Shown one piece after another: positions 46,628-53,731 of a DNA stretch of 53,731 nucleotides. The number at the start of each line of letters is the position of its first letter. The stretch's first letter is position 1. The stretch spans positions 1 to 53,731 of the forward strand of contig JAZDGI010000012.1 in assembly GCA_043807085.1 (NCBI GenBank), read 5' to 3'. The stretch is from a bacterium (lineage in GTDB: Bacteria > Patescibacteriota > Minisyncoccia > Minisyncoccales > JAZDGI01). The position numbers and the translations under genes are program-made. The notes below the pieces were generated by a model, which saw nothing but the letters and a program-made list of their open reading frames with translations, had not been told where the DNA came from and searched no databases.

Positions 46628-47434
46628 ATGGCGCATTATCTGGCGGATGAAATCAAGGGAATAAGGCGAGATATTTTGGAAATACTTTACAGGACAAAAA
46701 GCCCTCATATCGGCTCTTGTTTTTCAATGGTTGAATTATTGACGGCTTTGTATTTTAAGATATTGAAGATTGATCCCAAAAACCCGGCCGACCCAAATCG
46801 GGACAGGTTTGTTTTGAGCAAGGGGCATGGCGCGCCGGCTCTTTACGCGGTTCTGGCAAAAAGAGGGTTTATCGGCAAAGAAGCTTTGGCTGGTTTTGCC
46901 AAAGACGGCGGAACATTGGAGCAGCATCCGAACAGAAATGTTTCTCAAGGAATTGAAATTACTTCCGGCTCTTTAGGCCATGGATTGTCAATTGCCGCGG
47001 GCATGGCTCTGGCCGGAAAGTACGACAAAGCTAATTGGCGGGTTTTTGCTTTTTCCAGCGACGGCGACCTGGAAGAAGGTTCTTCTTGGGAAGCGATAAT
47101 GTTCGCCGGTCATCATAAATTGGATAATTTAATAGCTATTGTTGATTATAACAAGCTTACGGCCATGGGCAGGATTAAAGAAATTTTAGACTTAGATCCT
47201 TTGGCGGAAAAGTGGCGGGCTTTTGACTGGGAAGTCAAGGAAGTTGATGGCCACAATATGGAAGAAATCATCAATGCTTTGGAAAATATTCCTTTCAAGA
47301 ATGGGAAGCCGAGCTGTTTGATCTCTCATACTATAAAGGGCAAGGGTGTTTCTTTTATGGAAAACGACCCGAAGTGGCATGACAAATGCCCTGACGAGCA
47401 GGAATATGAAAAAGCCGCAGAAGAATTAAAATGA
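46628..47434 (+). CDS. Transketolase, N-terminal (ThDP-binding) subunit
   Basis: PHIG, DRFVLSKGH, GSLGHG, SDGDLEEG...N, HTIKGKG. ATG 46628 preferred over 46619. Confidence 0.92.
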   Translation: MAHYLADEIKGIRRDILEILYRTKSPHIGSCFSMVELLTALYFKILKIDPKNPADPNRDRFVLSKGHGAPALYAVLAKRGFIGKEALAGFAKDGGTLEQHPNRNVSQGIEITSGSLGHGLSIAAGMALAGKYDKANWRVFAFSSDGDLEEGSSWEAIMFAGHHKLDNLIAIVDYNKLTAMGRIKEILDLDPLAEKWRAFDWEVKEVDGHNMEEIINALENIPFKNGKPSCLISHTIKGKGVSFMENDPKWHDKCPDEQEYEKAAEELK

Positions 47435-47439
47435 TAGGC

Positions 47440-47490
47440 GATGAGGGATAAACCCTCATCTAAGATATTTCGTTTTCGCAAAGCGAAAAC
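47440..47490. repeat. Two adjacent perfect 8-bp inverted repeats between the transketolase halves
   Basis: GATGAGGG-ataaa-CCCTCATC (47440-47460) and GTTTTCGC-aaa-GCGAAAAC (47472-47490). Confidence 0.75.
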
Positions 47491-47494
47491 TCAT

Positions 47495-48421
47495 ATGAGA
47501 AAGGTTTTTTTTAAGACATTAGAAGATATCGCTAAAGAAGACAAAAGCATTTTTTTGCTGGCCGCTGACTTGGGCGTGAAGTTTTTCCAGAATTTTAAGG
47601 ATATTGATCCCAAGAGAGCGATTAACGTCGGCGTGGCCGAGCAAAATATGATTGGCGTTGCCGCGGGATTGGCAATGTCAGGCAAGAATGTTTACTGCTA
47701 TTCCATAATTCCTTTTTTGACAATGCGGGCTTTTGAGCAGGTTCGGGTTGATCTTTGCGGCCATAATTTAAACGTAAAATTGCTGGGAGCTGGCGGGGGA
47801 TTGGTTTACGGCCTGGAAGGAATGACTCATCATGCTCTTGAAGACATTGCCATAATGAGGTCTTTGCCCAATATGACTGTGACAGCTCCGGGCGATGCCA
47901 AAGAAGCTGAAGCTTTGGCCATAGCTTCAGTAAATTTTTCCGGGCCTCTTTACGTTCGTTTTGGCCGCGATATAGATCCAGTTGTTCATAAGAATAATCC
48001 GGAGTTTAAAATCGGCAAGGGAATTGTTATAAATGAAGGAAAGGACATCTGTCTGATTGCAACCGGCAGTATGCTGTACCCGGCTGCAACTGTTCAGGAA
48101 ATTTTAAAGGAAAAGGGATTTGCTCCCGGCCTTGTCAGCATGCACACTATTAAGCCGATTGACGAGGAACTGACAAAAGACTGCGCTAAAAAATATCAAG
48201 CCATTTTTACCCTTGAAGAACACAGCGTGATTGGCGGCTTGGGTTCGGCGGTAGCTGAAGTTCTGGCGGAATCTAATTATGGAAAAACCTTCAAAAGAAT
48301 CGGTATTGCCGATCGTTATACTTTTCCTATTATCGGATCGCCTGACTATTTAAAGGAAAGGGCTGGGCTGTCGCCGGGAAAAATAGTCGAAACTATATTA
48401 AAAGATTTAAATAGGCGATGA
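47495..48421 (+). CDS. Transketolase, C-terminal subunit
   Basis: ADLG, NVGVAEQNM, RAFEQ, THHALED, GPLYVRFG, EEHSVIGGLG. ATG at 47495. Confidence 0.92.
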   Translation: MRKVFFKTLEDIAKEDKSIFLLAADLGVKFFQNFKDIDPKRAINVGVAEQNMIGVAAGLAMSGKNVYCYSIIPFLTMRAFEQVRVDLCGHNLNVKLLGAGGGLVYGLEGMTHHALEDIAIMRSLPNMTVTAPGDAKEAEALAIASVNFSGPLYVRFGRDIDPVVHKNNPEFKIGKGIVINEGKDICLIATGSMLYPAATVQEILKEKGFAPGLVSMHTIKPIDEELTKDCAKKYQAIFTLEEHSVIGGLGSAVAEVLAESNYGKTFKRIGIADRYTFPIIGSPDYLKERAGLSPGKIVETILKDLNRR

Positions 48422-48429
48422 TTCGTTAT

Positions 48430-49569
48430 ATGAAGTACAAAGTAGATTTTATTAATTCAAGTTATCGTCGATATTATAAGGCTCACAGGAGAGAGATATT
48501 AAGGGCAATTGATAAATGTTTTTCTTTGGGCAATTTTGTTTTAAGGAAAGACGTTTTGGAGTTTGAAGGGAAACTGGCAAAATTTGTGGGGGTAAAGTAC
48601 GCTGTTGGAGTTAATTCCGGGACAGACGCCTTGAAGCTTTCGTATAAAGTTTTAGGGTGCGGTCCGGGAGACGAGGTTGTTACTGTGGGACATACTTTTA
48701 TCGCTTCTATTGAGGAAATTGTCCATTTGGGCGCAAAACCCATTTTGGTTGACGTCAAAGAAGACGGACTAATGGATGTTTCTAAAATTGAGAAAGCGAT
48801 TACTAAAAAAACAGTAGGAATAGTTCCGGTTCATTTGTCTGGGAAAGTATGCGATATGGATGAAATTATGAGAATAGCTAAGAAATACAAGCTATGGGTT
48901 GTGGAGGATGCTTGCCAGGCCTTGGGAGCGTATTGGGGCACAAGACCAGCTGGGAGCATAGGAAACACAGGCTGCTTCAGTTTTATATCTCCAAAGACTC
49001 TGGGCGGCGCCGGAGATGCCGGCGGAATAGTTACTAACGATAGAAAATTATACGAAAAGCTGTTGTTGATGAGAAATCATTGGAATATCACTCAAGGGGC
49101 GCTGCATGGCGTTCAGCCCAAAGCGCCAAAAATTATGGATTGGGGATATAATACCAGGCTTGATAATATCCAGGCGGCAATTTTAAACGTAAAATTTAAA
49201 TATTATCCGGCTATGCTGAAAAGAAGAAGGGCTATAGGCATGATGTACAATAAGGCGCTGAAAAATTTGCCCTGCGTCCTGCCGATTCAACAGCCAAAGC
49301 AGATTTACCAGGAATATATTGTCAAGATAAAAGAAATGTGGAAATTCAAAAAGTATATTAATGAGAAAGGGGTGGAGCTTTTAATCAGAGATACGGTTCC
49401 GAACCATAAGCTAAGGGGATTGGGAATGGAACATTTCAATCTGCCGATTACCGAAAGAATAGCTAAGGAGTCCGTGCGGCTGCCGATTTACCCCGAATTG
49501 ACGAATAAAGAGGTGGAGTACGTCATTGCTTGCGTAAGAAACTTTTATTTGAAGCAAAATGCCGGTTAA
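48430..49569 (+). CDS. DegT/DnrJ/EryC1/StrS PLP sugar aminotransferase 2
   Basis: VNSGTDAL, PVHLSG, EDACQALG, FSFISPKTLG, YNTRLDNIQAA. ATG at 48430. Confidence 0.92.
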   Translation: MKYKVDFINSSYRRYYKAHRREILRAIDKCFSLGNFVLRKDVLEFEGKLAKFVGVKYAVGVNSGTDALKLSYKVLGCGPGDEVVTVGHTFIASIEEIVHLGAKPILVDVKEDGLMDVSKIEKAITKKTVGIVPVHLSGKVCDMDEIMRIAKKYKLWVVEDACQALGAYWGTRPAGSIGNTGCFSFISPKTLGGAGDAGGIVTNDRKLYEKLLLMRNHWNITQGALHGVQPKAPKIMDWGYNTRLDNIQAAILNVKFKYYPAMLKRRRAIGMMYNKALKNLPCVLPIQQPKQIYQEYIVKIKEMWKFKKYINEKGVELLIRDTVPNHKLRGLGMEHFNLPITERIAKESVRLPIYPELTNKEVEYVIACVRNFYLKQNAG

Positions 49570-51427
49570 TTTTCAAAAGATTTTAATTAAAAATCGGAAA
49601 ATAATCCGAAAGGTATTTTTTTTGGCAGCCGACGCTGTCTCAATTTGCTTTGCCGTTTTTTTGGCTTTTTTGGTAAGGTTTGAAGGTCAAATCCCGGAGC
49701 GGTATTTCTTTAATATCTACGGGATAATCGTTTTGTTTCTAATTTTTTTCCTGCCAGCCTTCTTTCTCTTCCGCCTATATTCTTTTTCTTGGGCGTATGT
49801 TTCGGCCCAAGAGCTGGTTTCGCTGACTAAAGCGGTCTTTCTGGCCTTCCCCCTGCTGCTTTTTTTCTTTTTTGTTTTGAGGAGCCAAGAGCTGTTTTCC
49901 GGCTTTCCCCGCTCCACTCTTTTAATGAGTTTTATTTTTATTTTTATTTTTTCGGGGGCGATCCGTTTTGCCAAAAGAATTTATTTCCAGATTTTCAAGG
50001 GCGAAAGCGGCCAGAAAGAAAGAATTTTGATAGTGGGGGCAGGCGCAGCCGGCGAACAGATTTTGAGAAGCATTTTAAATTCCAGAGAAAGCAATTATCT
50101 GCCCGTTGGGTTTTTAGACGATAATCCGTCAAAGCAGGAAATTTTAATCCACGGGATAAAGGTTCTTGGAAAGATCAAGGATATTCCGATGATTGTTGAG
50201 AAAAAAGAGATCGAGGGAATTATTATCGCTCTTCCTTCCGCCGGCTCAAAAACAATAAAGCAGGCGATAGAGCTGGCCAGGCAGGCAAAGCTGAAAAAAA
50301 TAAGGATTGTGCCCTCTTTGGGTGAAATTATCAGCGGCCAAGTTTCTTTAGCTAACGTCAGGGGAGTGGAAATGGAGGATCTGCTGGGGCGGGAGCCGGT
50401 TTCTCTGGATAAAAACGAGATTTCTGGATTTCTGGACCAAAAAAAAGTTTTGGTTACGGGAGCCGCCGGTTCTATTGGTTCTGAGCTTTGCCGGCAGATT
50501 TCTAAGTTTAATCCGGCTCGGCTTTTGATTCTTGACCAGGACGAAACAGGCATTTTTAACATTGACGAAGAATTAAAAGATAAGTTTCCCAATCTTGAAA
50601 TTACAGCCTTCGTCGCCGACATATACGATGATAAAAAAATTTCTAAAATTTTTCGAGAATTCAGGCCGGAGATTGTTTTTCACGCAGCCGCTTACAAACA
50701 CGTGCCTTTAATGGAGGCTAATATTGACGAGGCGGTGAAAAACAATGTCTTCGGAACAAAAAATATCGCCAGAGCGGCTTTAGAAAACAAAGCGGAAAAA
50801 TTTGTTTTTATTTCCACTGACAAAGCGGTCAAACCCATATCGGTTATGGGAGCTACCAAGAGAATCGGAGAAATGATCTGCCAGTCCTTGAACCAAAAAG
50901 GAGAAACAAGATTTATTTCCGTACGTTTCGGAAATGTTTTAGACAGTCGCGGAAGCGTTATACCGATTTTCCGGGAGCAGATCAGAAAAGGGGGTCCGGT
51001 GGAAATTACGGACCCCGGAATGAAAAGATATTTTATGCTTACATCGGAAGCCTGTCTTTTGGTGCTTCAGTCGGGCGCCATGGGCCAGGGCGGGGAAGTT
51101 TTTATTCTGGATATGGGAAAACCAGTTGAGATTTTGAGTTTGGCTAAAGAAATGATCCGTCTTTCAGGCTTTGAATCGGACAAAGATATCCCGATTGTCT
51201 TTACCGGAATCAGACCCGGAGAAAAATTAGTGGAAAAAATACTTACAGCTAAAGAAAACACTTTAGCCACTAAAAATCAAAAGATTTTTGTTTCTAGACT
51301 TTCTCCGTTAAACGAGGCAGTATTAAACGAAGGATTAAAAAAGCTGTCTGACGGCATTGAGGATCAGGACGTAGAGAAGATCGCCGCCGTCTTGAGCAGT
51401 TTTATTTCAACCTATCATCATGGGTAA
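49559..51427 (+). CDS. Membrane-bound UDP-GlcNAc 4,6-dehydratase (PglF/CapD/WbpM family)
   Basis: Four N-terminal TMs; IVGAGAAG; EDLLGRE; VTGAAGSIGSE; FHAAAYKHVP; STDKAV; VRFGNVL; GIRPGEKL. Confidence 0.92.
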   Translation: MPVNFQKILIKNRKIIRKVFFLAADAVSICFAVFLAFLVRFEGQIPERYFFNIYGIIVLFLIFFLPAFFLFRLYSFSWAYVSAQELVSLTKAVFLAFPLLLFFFFVLRSQELFSGFPRSTLLMSFIFIFIFSGAIRFAKRIYFQIFKGESGQKERILIVGAGAAGEQILRSILNSRESNYLPVGFLDDNPSKQEILIHGIKVLGKIKDIPMIVEKKEIEGIIIALPSAGSKTIKQAIELARQAKLKKIRIVPSLGEIISGQVSLANVRGVEMEDLLGREPVSLDKNEISGFLDQKKVLVTGAAGSIGSELCRQISKFNPARLLILDQDETGIFNIDEELKDKFPNLEITAFVADIYDDKKISKIFREFRPEIVFHAAAYKHVPLMEANIDEAVKNNVFGTKNIARAALENKAEKFVFISTDKAVKPISVMGATKRIGEMICQSLNQKGETRFISVRFGNVLDSRGSVIPIFREQIRKGGPVEITDPGMKRYFMLTSEACLLVLQSGAMGQGGEVFILDMGKPVEILSLAKEMIRLSGFESDKDIPIVFTGIRPGEKLVEKILTAKENTLATKNQKIFVSRLSPLNEAVLNEGLKKLSDGIEDQDVEKIAAVLSSFISTYHHG

Positions 51428-53678
51428 AATGTCTCGTGAAAAAAAAGAAAGAAGACTGCAGACTGGTGTTAATTCGGCAGCCGCCCAGATTCGCAAAAGC
51501 CCCTTGGAGAATATTTCTCTCTGGGCTTTGCAGATCTTAGTTTACGCTAGCCTATTTACGCCTTTGATCATTGACAGCAGTTTTTTCTTCCCTTATGTTT
51601 CTCCCAAAACCATTTTTTTTCGGGTTATCGTTGATATCATTTTAATATTCTATATTATATTGATTGTGGCTAACCGCCGCTACTTGCCCAAATTTAATTT
51701 TTTTACTATCTCCCTAGCTTCTTTCATCGCGGTCGCTTTCGTAACTTCCCTGACTGGAATAAATTTTTCAAAAAGCTTTTGGAGCGTTTTTGAAAGAATG
51801 GGCGGCCTTTTAACTTTTTGCCATCTTTTTGTCTTTTTCCTCGTTTTGACCAGCGTTTTCCGCGAAAGGAAATACTGGGAAAGGTTTTTTACCGCTTCTA
51901 TTTTTGTGGGCATTATTCTTACCTTTTATGTTTTTAATTCAGAAGAAGGCACGGCCCGCGGCGGGGGCACTATTGGCAATACCTCCTTTCTTTCAGCTTA
52001 CCTGATTTTTGATATATTTTTTGCGATTATATTGTTTTTCAGCAAGTCGGGCTTTTGGCGAGTTTTTTACGGCTTGGCTTTGGTACCTTTGATATGGCTC
52101 TTGCTTTTTCCGCCAAAAGAGCCGACCCAAGGCGCTATCGGCGCTTTTTACGGAGGACTAGCCTTGTTAGCTTTCGGTTTTGGCTTGTATTATGTTTATT
52201 CTTCAGGCCGCCGGCTGCTTAAAAAAATAACGCCGATTCTTTTGGCTATTTTGGTTTTAGCTGTAGTCGGAATTTCCCAGACAAGCTTTGTCAAAAACAA
52301 AATTAACGGCATCGCGCAATCCAGCAGCTGGCAGTCCCGGGCGGTTGTCTGGAAAATGGGATACCTTGCCTGGCAGGATAGGCCTTGGCTTGGCTGGGGC
52401 CAGGAAAATTTTAACGTTCCTTTTACCAGGCATTTTAATCCCTCTCTGCCCTTGACAGTTGATATTTGGTATGACCGCGTGCACAATATTGTTTTTGATA
52501 ATTTAGTGACGTCCGGCGTTATCGGACTTTTAAGCTATTTAACGATTTTTGGCGCGGCGATTTTCGGGCTGATAAAAACCTTGCCCAAAATTACCGATAA
52601 AAAAAATGTTTTTTTGCCCTTGGGAATGATTTCTCTTTTGGCTGTATACTTTGTTCAGGACCTATGGGTTTTTGATATGATCTCAAGCTATATGATGTTT
52701 TTTCTTTCTATGGCTTTTATTAATTTTTTACTCTCTGGCCGTCAGCCGGAGCCGGTTTTAGATTCCGCGGAAAAACCGAGGGGGATTAGCCCGCTCTTGG
52801 CTGGATTTTTGATCATTGGCAGTCTTTTTGCTCTTTATTTCGGCAATATCCAGCCGGCCCGCGCTTCCAAATACATTATTGAAGGCGTTTCGCAGAAGCT
52901 GGAAACGGGTATGGCGTTTTTCCAAAAAGCGCTTGACGCCTCGCCTATGGCCATTATTGAAGCTCCCGAGCAGTTCTCCCGAGTACTCGGCAATCTGGTT
53001 TTTAACGAGAAAGTTGACAGGGTTGTTTTGGGTCAGGGATTTGAACTGGCGATCGGAGACCTTAAAAAAGCCATCGTTAAAAATCCGGAAGACTTCCGTT
53101 TTTATCTGCTCTTAGGAAAGCTTTACAGCGATTTTTATTTCGTTGATAAAGATCCCAAGCATCTTGAAGATTCAGAGAGCGTTTTAACGAAAGCCATTGA
53201 GCTGTCGCCTAAAAATCAGCAGGGGTATTGGAGCTTGTCGCAAACCAGAATTTCCCAGGGCAGAGAGCAAGACGCCATTGATTTGATGCAAAAAGCCGTA
53301 GACTTGGAGCCGAGATTCGGCCTGTCCCATTGGTATTTGGCAATGACTTACAAGATTGTCGGCGGCGGTCGGGAAATGGCGCTGGAAGAAGTGGCAAAAG
53401 CCGAAGCGAACGGATACGATTGGCGAGCGAATGTAGATAATATTAAAAAAGTAATTGAGTTGTACCAGGACTCAGACGACGATCAAAAATTAGCCGAACT
53501 TTACTCTTTGGCAGTTGAAAAATCTCCGGAAAACGCCCAATTCTGGATGGGTCTGTCTGTTTCCCAGGCTAATCTCGGAAAATTTGATCAGGCGAGAGCG
53601 TCGGCCCAAAAAGCCCTTTCCCTCAAGCCTGATTTTGCGGCCCAGATAGAGGAATTTTTAGACAGCCTGCCGAAATAA
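51420..53678 (+). CDS. O-antigen ligase / O-oligosaccharyltransferase-like membrane protein (Wzy_C) with C-terminal TPR repeats
   Basis: About 12 TMs; GTIGNTSFLSAYL; SR..VW....W.DRPWLGWG; DRVHN; TPR-like C-terminus (KAIELSPKNQ, KAVDLEP, KSPENA). Confidence 0.85.
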   Translation: MGKMSREKKERRLQTGVNSAAAQIRKSPLENISLWALQILVYASLFTPLIIDSSFFFPYVSPKTIFFRVIVDIILIFYIILIVANRRYLPKFNFFTISLASFIAVAFVTSLTGINFSKSFWSVFERMGGLLTFCHLFVFFLVLTSVFRERKYWERFFTASIFVGIILTFYVFNSEEGTARGGGTIGNTSFLSAYLIFDIFFAIILFFSKSGFWRVFYGLALVPLIWLLLFPPKEPTQGAIGAFYGGLALLAFGFGLYYVYSSGRRLLKKITPILLAILVLAVVGISQTSFVKNKINGIAQSSSWQSRAVVWKMGYLAWQDRPWLGWGQENFNVPFTRHFNPSLPLTVDIWYDRVHNIVFDNLVTSGVIGLLSYLTIFGAAIFGLIKTLPKITDKKNVFLPLGMISLLAVYFVQDLWVFDMISSYMMFFLSMAFINFLLSGRQPEPVLDSAEKPRGISPLLAGFLIIGSLFALYFGNIQPARASKYIIEGVSQKLETGMAFFQKALDASPMAIIEAPEQFSRVLGNLVFNEKVDRVVLGQGFELAIGDLKKAIVKNPEDFRFYLLLGKLYSDFYFVDKDPKHLEDSESVLTKAIELSPKNQQGYWSLSQTRISQGREQDAIDLMQKAVDLEPRFGLSHWYLAMTYKIVGGGREMALEEVAKAEANGYDWRANVDNIKKVIELYQDSDDDQKLAELYSLAVEKSPENAQFWMGLSVSQANLGKFDQARASAQKALSLKPDFAAQIEEFLDSLPK

Positions 53679-53685
53679 TTCACTC

Positions 53686-53713
53686 TTGACAAAATAATTA
53701 AATATCGTAGAAT
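53686..53713 (+). promoter_or_regulatory. Sigma70-type promoter for the next, off-window transcription unit
   Basis: TTGACA (53686-53691), 16 nt, TAGAAT (53708-53713). Confidence 0.65.
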
Positions 53714-53731
53714 TGAGCCAACTCGCCATAG

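Noticed and set aside
47440-47490. Integron attC site
   Set aside because: No RYYYAAC...GTTRRRY ends, no single long imperfect stem, and no integron integrase.
181-53397. Numerous minus-strand and alternate-frame ORFs (60-175 aa) in the ORF track
   Set aside because: All lie within well-supported + strand CDSs, have no recognisable motifs, and look like shadow frames.

Overview
One co-oriented (+ strand) cell-envelope region, most likely from a CPR/Patescibacteria (Parcubacteria-like) genome. That assignment is an inference from gene types, the lack of Shine-Dalgarno motifs and (T)TTATG start contexts; TGA is used as stop (code 11). 1-6 kb: a 5'-truncated multi-lamin-tail/beta-helix surface protein, an EEP nuclease/phosphatase, a four-helix-bundle/wHTH protein, and an ECF sigma factor with a DUF5667-like membrane partner. 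6-12.5 kb: a 1512-aa S-layer-like protein with its own promoter and terminator, then a secreted HExxH metallopeptidase carrying the same cell-wall anchor module. 12.6-53.7 kb: a ~41 kb, ~36-gene glycan locus. It encodes a flippase, an initiating phosphoglycosyltransferase, about 6 glycosyltransferases, GDP-fucose, deoxy-, C-methyl- and amino-sugar enzymes, ADP-heptose enzymes, five radical SAM proteins (three B12-binding), a CysD-like protein plus a miniature degenerate CysD, three sulfatase-fold proteins lacking the formylglycine motif, and a terminal O-antigen-ligase/TPR protein. The best candidate for a new system is protein (S-layer/pilin) O-glycosylation with natural-product-like tailoring (sulfation, C-methylation, amino-heptose). 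No rRNA, CRISPR array, integrase/transposase or reverse transcriptase was seen. All family calls come from motif recognition by eye; no database search was run.
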